Below, one piece after another: positions 19,426-27,583 of a DNA stretch of 42,645 nt. Under the pieces are notes generated by a model. It did not search any database. It was not told where the DNA came from and worked only from the letters and a program-made list of their open reading frames with translations. Every line of letters starts with the position of its first letter. Position 1 is the stretch's first letter. The stretch lies in sequence record SRR20825010_807. One strand, written 5' to 3'. A program made the translations under genes and the position numbers.

Positions 19426-19501
19426 CCTCCCCCATGAACCCTTAAATAATATTCCTAATCAGGGCATTAATTTAGCATATACTCATTTAAAGAAAACCAG
19501 A

Positions 19502-21445
19502 TTGCAAGAACTTCTTAGTGTAAATAGGGAATTACTAATTTTAGTTTCCGGATTCCTGATTATTGCCATAGCGGCTAATCAGATTGCCAAAGGCTTTCAG
19601 CGTATCAGATTACCACTGATCACAGGTATGATTTTTACTGGAATTATAGCAGGCCCGCATATTATAGGTTTGGTGCCCATTTCCGCGAAAACAAACCTTC
19701 AATTTATCAATGAGATCGCTTTGGCCTTTATCGCTTTTGCTGCTGGTGCCGAACTATACGTACGTGAGCTCAGAAGCAGGTTCAAAAGTATCAAGTGGAA
19801 CACCTTCGGCCAACTAGTAATCACCTTTATCGCTGGCACTTTCTTAGTTTTTCTTTTCGCAGACCAAATACCTTACATGGCGTCCTTAAGCACGGAGGCC
19901 AAACTATCAATTGCTACACTCACTGCAGCAATCTTCGTCGCTCGATCACCCGCATCCGCCATCGCTGTGATTAATGAAATGAGGGCAAAGGGCCCTTTCG
20001 TGCAAACGGTGATGGGCGTGACTGTAGTGAAGGATTTCCTAGTTATCATTCTTTTTTCGATCTGCCTGGCATTGAGCCAAACATTTATTGCGGGTGAAGA
20101 TTTTAATGTGATCAGCATCGGTCTCATTCTACTGGAACTAGCACTATCCTTTGTTCTTGGCTTTTTTGTTTTTGGTTATATCCTAAAAGGCATCTTATCC
20201 TTGAAAATCAGACGATGGGGTAAGACCCTGCTTATACTTATGACAGGATTTAGTACTTATTTCCTTTCGCATAGCATTCACGATTTTACCACTTCGGCAT
20301 GGGAGCACGAAATCAATCTGGAACCCCTTCTGATGAGCATTTTGGCTAGTTTTTATGTTACAAATTATTCTAAATACAGACCGGAATTCTTAAACATTCT
20401 GGAAAAAACAGGCACGACTGTTTACGTCGCTTTTTTTACCCTCACCGGCGCAACGCTGGCAATAAACGTGCTCGGCTCAGTTATTGGCGTGGCGCTCATT
20501 CTTTTTGGAATCCGTATTATCACCATGATAGCAGGCTCTTATGTAGGTGGAATGCTGGCCGGTGACCCCATGAAACAAAACCACATCGGCTGGATGCCAT
20601 ATGTGACTCAAGCGGGAGTTGGACTTGGGTTGGCAACTGTTGTGGCTAATAAATTTCCTGAGTGGGGGGGCGACTTTGCCACTGTCATCGTTGCGGTAAT
20701 TGTGTTAAATCAATTTATCGGGCCTCCTCTTTTCAAATGGGCCATTCATCGGTTGGGCGAAGACAGAAGCAAAGGACAAACGGCTGAATTTGATGGAGTC
20801 CGTGATGCCATCATTTTTGGTTTCGAAAGTCAATCGGTGGCTTTGGCGGGACTACTCATAGAAAATGGCTGGCAGGTGCAAATAGCTACAAAACTGGAAA
20901 AAGGAACAATCGACGAACCGGAAGGAATCAAGCTGATTTATGGTATGAAAAATTTCGACAAGGCTGAATTTGACGCGATGAATGGTGAAGGAGCGGAAGC
21001 CATTGTGACGATGCTTTCCGATGAGGAAAATTTGAAAATCTGCGAAACAGCCTACCACCATTTCGGCACCCGCGACATGATCGTTCGCTTGAACAATCGC
21101 TTCAATAACGATAAATTTCTGGCACTAAAGGCACGCATCGTTGATCCATCCACAGCCATCGTGAGCTTACTCGATCACTTTGTGCGATCGCCGCAGGCCA
21201 CTTCCCTTTTGCTTGGGATGGAAAAAGGTCAGGATACCCGCGATATCGAAATCCTCAATACAGATATCCATGGGCTTCCGCTTCGGGATTTGCGACTGCC
21301 GGGCGATGTGATTATCTTATCTGTGGTTCGCGGTGGACAGACGATCATTACTCACGGGTACACCCGCCTTCGAATCAAGGATATCGTGACCGTTGTTGGG
21401 TTGATTAAAAGTCTGGATACTGTGCAGTTTAAGTTTGATAGGTAA
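19502..21445 (+). CDS. Cation:proton antiporter with C-terminal RCK (TrkA-N and TrkA-C) domains
   Basis: Multiple TM helices with IAFAAGAEL, SPASAIAVINE, QAGVGLGLA and IGPPLFK; soluble tail with TrkA-C-like LRDLRLP...IITHGYTRL. Start moved to the in-frame TTG 19502 to avoid a head-to-head overlap with DUF547. Confidence 0.85.
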   Translation: MQELLSVNRELLILVSGFLIIAIAANQIAKGFQRIRLPLITGMIFTGIIAGPHIIGLVPISAKTNLQFINEIALAFIAFAAGAELYVRELRSRFKSIKWNTFGQLVITFIAGTFLVFLFADQIPYMASLSTEAKLSIATLTAAIFVARSPASAIAVINEMRAKGPFVQTVMGVTVVKDFLVIILFSICLALSQTFIAGEDFNVISIGLILLELALSFVLGFFVFGYILKGILSLKIRRWGKTLLILMTGFSTYFLSHSIHDFTTSAWEHEINLEPLLMSILASFYVTNYSKYRPEFLNILEKTGTTVYVAFFTLTGATLAINVLGSVIGVALILFGIRIITMIAGSYVGGMLAGDPMKQNHIGWMPYVTQAGVGLGLATVVANKFPEWGGDFATVIVAVIVLNQFIGPPLFKWAIHRLGEDRSKGQTAEFDGVRDAIIFGFESQSVALAGLLIENGWQVQIATKLEKGTIDEPEGIKLIYGMKNFDKAEFDAMNGEGAEAIVTMLSDEENLKICETAYHHFGTRDMIVRLNNRFNNDKFLALKARIVDPSTAIVSLLDHFVRSPQATSLLLGMEKGQDTRDIEILNTDIHGLPLRDLRLPGDVIILSVVRGGQTIITHGYTRLRIKDIVTVVGLIKSLDTVQFKFDR

Positions 21446-21507
21446 TTGGAACGTTGGGTTTTTAGGCTTTTGGATTGTTGGGGAAAGAGTAACCAGAGAC
21501 AACCAGT

Positions 21508-21969
21508 ATGATAAAACTACTTATTCACTCTTTGATTTTGATGCTATTCATCAACTGCTCGGAGAAAAAGGAGCCAAACCCAGTGGGTGAAGACAATCGG
21601 ATGATTGCGGATATTATTTCGCTAGTGAACAAACATCGGAAATCCAAAGGACTGGCCGCTCTGACGGAAAATGAAGCTTGCTCAAGAGAAGCAGAGCTCC
21701 ACAGCAAAAACATGGCTACCGGAAAAACGCCTTATGGACACGATGGATTTGATGACCGGTTTGACTTGCTGGCGGAGGAAATCAACGCGACAAGCATGGC
21801 CGAAAATGTAGCCACTGGCCAAAGCACGGCAAGTGAAGTGATGGACGACTGGCTCAACAGCACCGGACATAGAGAAAACATAGAGGGAGATTACACACAC
21901 ATAGGAGTGGGCGTTTATGCTGCCAGCGATGGCACGCTTTTCTTTACACAGATTTTTGTGAGGATTTGA
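21508..21969 (+). CDS. CAP/SCP domain lipoprotein
   Basis: Lipobox FINC; VNKHR, HSKNM, AENVA, WLNSTGHRENI, HIGVG and FTQIF motifs. Confidence 0.93.
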   Translation: MIKLLIHSLILMLFINCSEKKEPNPVGEDNRMIADIISLVNKHRKSKGLAALTENEACSREAELHSKNMATGKTPYGHDGFDDRFDLLAEEINATSMAENVATGQSTASEVMDDWLNSTGHRENIEGDYTHIGVGVYAASDGTLFFTQIFVRI

Positions 21970-22020
21970 GATGATTTCGAATTATTCATCACCATCAATC
22001 AAAAGCAATATACCCAACCA

Positions 22021-22563
22021 TTAACATTCTTCATACTTGGCTAATTGACTGGAAAGAGCCAATCTAATTTCAAGAAATAAAACACCTGAAATGGTAAATA
22101 TTTGAGCCTTTAAGGTTCCTTTGAAGGATTTCGGAACAATTGAGTTCATGGCACTACAATTCACTCGCGCGTCCGAGCAGCACTCATTCGGCGAATACTC
22201 CTCTTCATTCCACTCAAAATTTTCAAAACTGTAATTATGTGAGTCAAAGCCATCAATTACGGTAAAATAAGATCGTATCGAATCAAATTCTATTAAACCG
22301 CTTTCAGGTTTTACAAAGAATAGCTCGAAATATTCCTGTTTTGACCATTGATCAAAATAGTTTAAATAAAGCGTATCATCCACCTGAGTAAATTCAAAGA
22401 AAGCATTATACGAAACAGGTCTGATCTTTTGATCTAGCAACACTATTGACTTATTGATTGTCTGACAATCCCATTGGACATTTGGCCCACTTAGACAATA
22501 GCAAGCCTGAAGAAAAGGTAAGCAAGCTAAAAGAATATGAAAAAGAGCGGATTTCATGTCCAA
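22021..22563 (-). CDS. Hypothetical Cys-rich exported protein, possibly a lipoprotein
   Basis: 180-aa ORF with a hydrophobic N-terminus ending LQAC; AT-rich DNA; no recognised domain. Confidence 0.55.
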   Translation of the reverse strand: MDMKSALFHILLACLPFLQACYCLSGPNVQWDCQTINKSIVLLDQKIRPVSYNAFFEFTQVDDTLYLNYFDQWSKQEYFELFFVKPESGLIEFDSIRSYFTVIDGFDSHNYSFENFEWNEEEYSPNECCSDARVNCSAMNSIVPKSFKGTLKAQIFTISGVLFLEIRLALSSQLAKYEEC

Positions 22564-22680
22564 TAGTAAATGCTCCCTCTTACAATATCAACTAATTCGT
22601 TATAAATAATTCAATACAAATTTTGTAGACGACATCCGTACCGGATACAATAATCTTTAATCTTTGCCGAGACTCAAGCT

Positions 22681-22774
22681 TGGGTTAAGGGTGCAATTCC
22701 ACTAGCCGTGCGTCGTTAGTTGATGCGAATCCCTCATTCGAGGAAATGACGGAACGCATATTTCCCTCACCCCA
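22681..22774 (+). other. Structured intergenic element (candidate ncRNA or degenerate REP/dRS3-like repeat)
   Basis: Nested pairings TGGGTTAAGGG/CCCTCACCCCA, GTGCGT/ACGCAT, CGTTA/TGACG and CGAAT/ATTCG; a GC-richer island in an AT-rich gap. Confidence 0.4.
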
Positions 22775-22823
22775 TTTAAGAAAGGAGGAATTCACTTTTT
22801 CCTAAAAAACTTATTCAAAATTC

Positions 22824-22831
22824 TATCTTTG
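22824..22831 (+). promoter_or_regulatory. -7 element of glyS (leaderless or very short leader)
   Basis: TATCTTTG followed by 5 nt and then the ATG at 22837. Confidence 0.7.
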
Positions 22832-22836
22832 CGGCT

Positions 22837-24384
22837 ATGGCAAATATTGAAGAGGCAACTACACTGAAAAATATATCCTCCCACTGCAAGGAGTACGGTT
22901 TTATCTATCCATCTAGCGAGATTTATGAGGGGCTGGCGGCAGCTTATGATTATGGCCCGCTGGGAGTGGAGCTGAAAAACAACATCAAGGAATACTGGTG
23001 GAAGGCGATGGTGCGCATGAATGAGAATATTGTGGGGATCGATGCTGCAATTTTTATGCATCCAACTACCTGGAAAGCATCCGGCCATGTGGATGCTTTT
23101 AACGATCCTTTGATCGACAATAAAGATTCGAAAAAGCGCTACCGTGCCGATGTGCTCATAGAAGAGCAAATGGCCAAGATTCAGGCGAAGATTGATAAAG
23201 AATCCGACAAAGCAGCGAAGCGTTTTGGTGACAGTTTTGATAAAGATCAATTCCTATCGACCAACGATCGGGTGCTAGGTTATGCCAAACAAATAGAGGA
23301 GATCGAAAACAGAATGAAGTCTTCCATTGAGTCCGGTGACTTGGAAGCTTTGAAGCAACTGATCGTGGATCTGGAAATTGCCGATCCGGTATCCGGTTCG
23401 CGAAACTGGACAGACGTGCGTCAATTCAATTTGATGTTTTCAACAGAACTGGGTTCTGTAGCTGGCGAAGCAGGGAAAATTTACCTGAGGCCGGAAACAG
23501 CTCAGGGAATTTTTGTCAACTTCCTCAACGTGCAGAAAACGAGCCGAATGAGACTTCCGTTTGGGATTGCCCAAATCGGGAAAGCCTTCAGAAACGAGAT
23601 TATCGCCCGTCAGTTTATTTTCCGTATGCGCGAATTTGAGCAAATGGAAATGCAATTTTTCATCAAGCCGGGAACGGAGATGGAATGGTACGAGCACTGG
23701 AAAACCAAGCGGATTGCCTGGCATAAGGCCTTGGGTCTTGGTGATGATAATTATCGCTTCCACGACCATTTGAACCTGGCGCACTACGCAAATGCGGCTT
23801 GTGACATTGAGTTTAATTTCCCGATGGGCTTTAAAGAACTGGAAGGCATCCACTCGCGAACGGACTTTGACCTAAGCGCACATGAAAAACACAGTGGTAA
23901 AAAACTAAAATTCTTTGATACGGCTACCAACGAAAGTTATACACCGTATGTGCTGGAAACCTCCATTGGTTTGGACAGAATGTTCCTGGCAGTGATGTCA
24001 GCCTCCTTTATGGAAGAGACACTGGAAGATGGAAGCACGAGAACACTGCTGCGTATTCCTCCGGCACTGGCTCCAGTGAAAGTGGCCGTATTGCCACTTA
24101 TGAACAAAGACGGTCTTCCTGAAAAAGCAGAAGAGATCATGAACGCCGTGAAATTTGACTTCAATGCCCAATACGATCCAAAAGATGCAATCGGAAAACG
24201 CTACAGACGTCAGGATGCCATCGGTACGCCGTATTGCGTGACCGTGGATCATCAGACGTTGGAGGATAACACGGTAACTATACGTGAGCGAGACAGCATG
24301 AAGCAGGATCGGGTTTCTATCTCTGAACTGATCAGCACGCTGGAGGAAAAAGTGAGTTTGAAAAACCTGCTAACCCAGATCTAA
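22837..24384 (+). CDS. glyS: Glycine--tRNA ligase, alpha2 (homodimeric) type
   Basis: YDYGPLG, SGHVDAF, LRPETAQGIF, GKAFRNEI, REFEQME and IGKRYRRQDAIGTP motifs. Confidence 0.98.
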   Translation: MANIEEATTLKNISSHCKEYGFIYPSSEIYEGLAAAYDYGPLGVELKNNIKEYWWKAMVRMNENIVGIDAAIFMHPTTWKASGHVDAFNDPLIDNKDSKKRYRADVLIEEQMAKIQAKIDKESDKAAKRFGDSFDKDQFLSTNDRVLGYAKQIEEIENRMKSSIESGDLEALKQLIVDLEIADPVSGSRNWTDVRQFNLMFSTELGSVAGEAGKIYLRPETAQGIFVNFLNVQKTSRMRLPFGIAQIGKAFRNEIIARQFIFRMREFEQMEMQFFIKPGTEMEWYEHWKTKRIAWHKALGLGDDNYRFHDHLNLAHYANAACDIEFNFPMGFKELEGIHSRTDFDLSAHEKHSGKKLKFFDTATNESYTPYVLETSIGLDRMFLAVMSASFMEETLEDGSTRTLLRIPPALAPVKVAVLPLMNKDGLPEKAEEIMNAVKFDFNAQYDPKDAIGKRYRRQDAIGTPYCVTVDHQTLEDNTVTIRERDSMKQDRVSISELISTLEEKVSLKNLLTQI

Positions 24385-24385
24385 G

Positions 24386-25159
24386 TTGGTCTGGTTTCTC
24401 CTGCTCTGCGTAGTGGCCGGAGCGATAGGCATCTATCGCTCCAATCGCATGCAGGAATACCTTTTTTCTCAGGGCAGGAGAGAATCACTGACTAAATCAG
24501 AGAAATATTCGCTGGAAAAGCATTTCGAATTCTACCGAAAGCTTCCGGTGAAATCCAAAAGAATTTTTGAATATCGGGTTCGGACGTTTCGAAATCTGAC
24601 AGAGTTTGTCCCAAGAGAAATGGCTGAGGTGACCGAGGAAATGCAGGTACTCATTTCTGCTTCGGCTGTGCAGCTAACCTTTGGTTTCGACAATGTGTTC
24701 CTGGACCACTTCGAGCGGATCATCGTTTATCCGGATCAATTTTTCAGCAACACCGGTCAGCGCTACCACAAAGGAGAGGTAAATCCACGGGCCAAAGCCA
24801 TTGTCCTCTCATGGAAACATTTCGTAGAGGGCTATGCCTTCAATGAAGGTGTGAATCTCGGTTTGCATGAAATGGCGCATGCCCTGCAACTGGAAAACAT
24901 CATCATGAATGATGAGTTTGGCTTTATGGATGATGCGGACATCCGGGTTTGGCAGGCCTTGGCCAGCGAAGAAATCAAAAAGATCATATCGCCGGAAGAA
25001 AGTTTTTTCCGAGCATATGGAGGGGTAAATCAGGCAGAGTTTTTTGCGGTAGCGGTGGAGAACTTCTTTGAGCGGCCCAAGGAATTTTTGGAATACAACG
25101 AAGGGCTTTACCGGACGCTTTGTCGGTTGCTGAAGCAGGATCCTGTGTTGTTGGGCTAA
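24386..25159 (+). CDS. MtfA-like zinc-dependent peptidase (M90 family) with an N-terminal TM helix
   Basis: IIVYP, IVLSW, NLGLHEMAHAL (HExxH) and EFFAVAVENFFERP motifs. Confidence 0.9.
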   Translation: MVWFLLLCVVAGAIGIYRSNRMQEYLFSQGRRESLTKSEKYSLEKHFEFYRKLPVKSKRIFEYRVRTFRNLTEFVPREMAEVTEEMQVLISASAVQLTFGFDNVFLDHFERIIVYPDQFFSNTGQRYHKGEVNPRAKAIVLSWKHFVEGYAFNEGVNLGLHEMAHALQLENIIMNDEFGFMDDADIRVWQALASEEIKKIISPEESFFRAYGGVNQAEFFAVAVENFFERPKEFLEYNEGLYRTLCRLLKQDPVLLG

Positions 25160-25163
25160 ACAC

Positions 25164-26198
25164 TCAATTTTTCAAATACAGTTCCTCGTAGGTTTTTACG
25201 GTGTACTTTTTTACTTCTCTTTCGCCCCGGTTTTCTTTGATTTTATAGGTAGCCACCCGAATGTGAACATCCACAGGGTCCTCGTTGTTGTCATTCAAAA
25301 AACAGATATAAAAAGCCCCTGAATTGGGAATCACCTTCCTTTCAAAGGCCATGGTAGCATTGCCTTTGTCAAAAAAGAAGAAGTTTTGCCCTTCCAAAAA
25401 CGCCTGAACATCTTCCTCGTCTGTTGCAAACCAATATTGAATATTATCAGCCTCCAGTGGTGCATTGATTATACAATCGCCATCCAGAACCAGTCGAGCC
25501 ATAATTGCTGAACAGTCCGTGTCAGCCACCAGGTTTTTGTATTTTTTACTGGTTTCATCAGCGGATGTAAATGCTTTTTCTGTATCCGGACCAACACCCA
25601 GCCAATAGGCCCAGGATTTGATTCCAAAGGGCAACTCCACCTTCAGAAAGGTTTTGTTTTTGCCCGTGATCGGCCCGATATTCAGGGTATGGTGAGCCAC
25701 TACTGGAATAATGGTCGTGTCAATAGAAACCAAATAATCTTCCTTTTCAGTATACCAGGTAGTGTCCGCCCGCTGAACGGTATACACCTTGCTATCAAAT
25801 GTGTCACTTGTCTCTCTCGGAATTCGCTGGATTTTCACCTTGCAAGAGCGGCTATCCAATGACTTATTGGTCAAAGACAGTTCATAGATCCCCGTTTTTG
25901 AAATGACTGCCTTCCTTTCAATGACCTCTTTCACGTCCATTGCGAAAAGCGCTGTTCCACCATCGTAACCCTGAATTTTTATTTCGCTGAATTTCTTTCC
26001 CTTCGTTTCCGTAAAGTTCAAAACCAGGGAATCTCCTTCTTGCAAACCAAAAATCATTTTTTTCGATGAAGCCGGGGACACAGCGATGGTTTCTTCTAAC
26101 ACTGTAGGCCTTTTCTGGGCCATGGTGCCGGTTTGACTGAAAAGGTAAACCAGCCCAACAACGAAGATTTTAGATAGAGTAGAAAGATTCATAGCCAA
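25164..26198 (-). CDS. Hypothetical exported protein (probably beta-sandwich domains)
   Basis: 344-aa ORF; signal peptide ending TMAQ; WAYWLGVG motif. Confidence 0.75.
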   Translation of the reverse strand: MAMNLSTLSKIFVVGLVYLFSQTGTMAQKRPTVLEETIAVSPASSKKMIFGLQEGDSLVLNFTETKGKKFSEIKIQGYDGGTALFAMDVKEVIERKAVISKTGIYELSLTNKSLDSRSCKVKIQRIPRETSDTFDSKVYTVQRADTTWYTEKEDYLVSIDTTIIPVVAHHTLNIGPITGKNKTFLKVELPFGIKSWAYWLGVGPDTEKAFTSADETSKKYKNLVADTDCSAIMARLVLDGDCIINAPLEADNIQYWFATDEEDVQAFLEGQNFFFFDKGNATMAFERKVIPNSGAFYICFLNDNNEDPVDVHIRVATYKIKENRGEREVKKYTVKTYEELYLKN

Positions 26199-26440
26199 AT
26201 AATTAACAGTCGGAATTTAGTCCAATTCACAATCCGTGTCAAGTGATTTAACAGTATTACTTACATTTACAGATTGTAGCTAAGATAAGCACAATCTGCC
26301 CTTATTGTAAGGCAATCGCTTGTATCATTCAGTTAACGAGCCCATCCTACCACTTATCGTCTTAATTCCATGTTCTGACGAAATAACACTATTTCATCTG
26401 AAAATTGTTATAATTTAGTGCTTAAGTAAAATCACCGTGT

Positions 26441-27544
26441 ATGTTCCTATTTCTTGCCGTTACAACATCGTTCATTCTTACATTTATCCTTTTACCTGTC
26501 ATAATTAAGGTTTCAAAATCAATTGATCTACTTGATGCACCCGACAGACGAAAGATTCATAGTGTAAGTACTCCCTCATTAGGTGGAATCGGGATATTCA
26601 TCGGTTTTATACTTTCCATGTTCATCACAATTTCCTTTGCCGAACTGGCGGAATTGAAGTTTTTCCTCGCGGGGATCATTTTGATCTTCATTTTAGGAAT
26701 ACGTGATGATGTATCCAGCCTGCAAGCAAAACATAAATTGGCAGTCCAAATTCTTTCAGCTGTTCTCGTAGTTTACTTCGCCGGAGTAAAGCTTCAAGGG
26801 CTCTATGGTATTTTGGGAATCCATGAGCTTCCAACAGGCGTAGCGGAAATACTAACTGTTTTCATGATCGTGGCATTGACCAATTCATTCAACCTGATTG
26901 ATGGTATAGATGGATTAGCCGGTTCATTGGGGGTTATAATTTTAAGTGTATTCGGATGGCTCTTTCTGGAAACCGGTTTAATCTCACTTGGTGTGATTTG
27001 TCTATCTGTATCAGGGTCATTGATCGCGTTTCTCTTTTTCAACTGGTTTCCGTCAAAAGTTTTTATGGGCGACACAGGCTCCATGCTGCTTGGTTTTATT
27101 GTATCGGTCTTATCCATTTCCTTTATTAACAATTCAGCCGGTATCGAGCTGATAAGCGGGTTTAGCATTTTATCTCCGGTGGCATTGGCTGTGGGTGTTT
27201 TGGTCGTACCCATTTACGACACCTTTCGGGTTTTTTCCATTCGTTTTTCGCAGGGAAAATCACCTCTTTCACCCGATCGTAATCACATCCACCATTCACT
27301 ATTGCGATTAGGAATGAATCACTCATCAGCCACGTTGTGCCTCATCGGTTTGAACCTGACTGTTATTACTTTTGCTTATCTGACCAACGGTATTCTGAGT
27401 ACTTTGCCACTTATTTCCATTCAGTTTGCAATGGCCATTTCTTTTGGTCTTGTTATTGATCTATTAGGTCGAAAGAAAAAATATCTGGGCATTTCTGCGA
27501 AAGTAAAAACTCCAAAATCACTTTACGTTTCAAAATCCGCTTAA
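26441..27544 (+). CDS. MraY/WecA family undecaprenyl-phosphate sugar-1-phosphate transferase (glycosyltransferase family 4)
   Basis: RKIH...TPSLGG, GIRDD, NSFNLIDGIDGL, FMGDTGS and DRNHIHH motifs. Confidence 0.93.
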   Translation: MFLFLAVTTSFILTFILLPVIIKVSKSIDLLDAPDRRKIHSVSTPSLGGIGIFIGFILSMFITISFAELAELKFFLAGIILIFILGIRDDVSSLQAKHKLAVQILSAVLVVYFAGVKLQGLYGILGIHELPTGVAEILTVFMIVALTNSFNLIDGIDGLAGSLGVIILSVFGWLFLETGLISLGVICLSVSGSLIAFLFFNWFPSKVFMGDTGSMLLGFIVSVLSISFINNSAGIELISGFSILSPVALAVGVLVVPIYDTFRVFSIRFSQGKSPLSPDRNHIHHSLLRLGMNHSSATLCLIGLNLTVITFAYLTNGILSTLPLISIQFAMAISFGLVIDLLGRKKKYLGISAKVKTPKSLYVSKSA

Positions 27545-27557
27545 GCAATTATCTTAT

Positions 27558-27565
27558 TACTTTTG
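27558..27565 (+). promoter_or_regulatory. -7 element of pheS
   Basis: TACTTTTG ends 18 nt upstream of ATG 27584. The ORF-track TTG start at 27563 lies inside this motif. Confidence 0.6.
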
Positions 27566-27583
27566 CATCCTTACTTGAAGGAC

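Noticed and set aside
19370..19501. N-terminal extension of the antiporter overlapping DUF547 head-to-head
   Set aside because: An in-frame TTG at 19502 just before the first TM helix removes the overlap and leaves room for divergent promoters.
22685..22759. 24-codon minus-strand ORF (MRSVISSNEGF...) preceded by an SD-like GAGGG
   Set aside because: Too short to support, no recognisable features, and Bacteroidota generally do not use SD sequences.
22681..22800. T-box, glycine riboswitch, SRP RNA, ZTP riboswitch or hammerhead upstream of glyS
   Set aside because: The T-box UGGN bulge is absent (GGAGG instead of GGUGG). There is no glycine aptamer core, no SRP CAGG/GNRA/AGCAG, no ZTP 3' pseudoknot partner, and the hammerhead CUGANGA core is incomplete.
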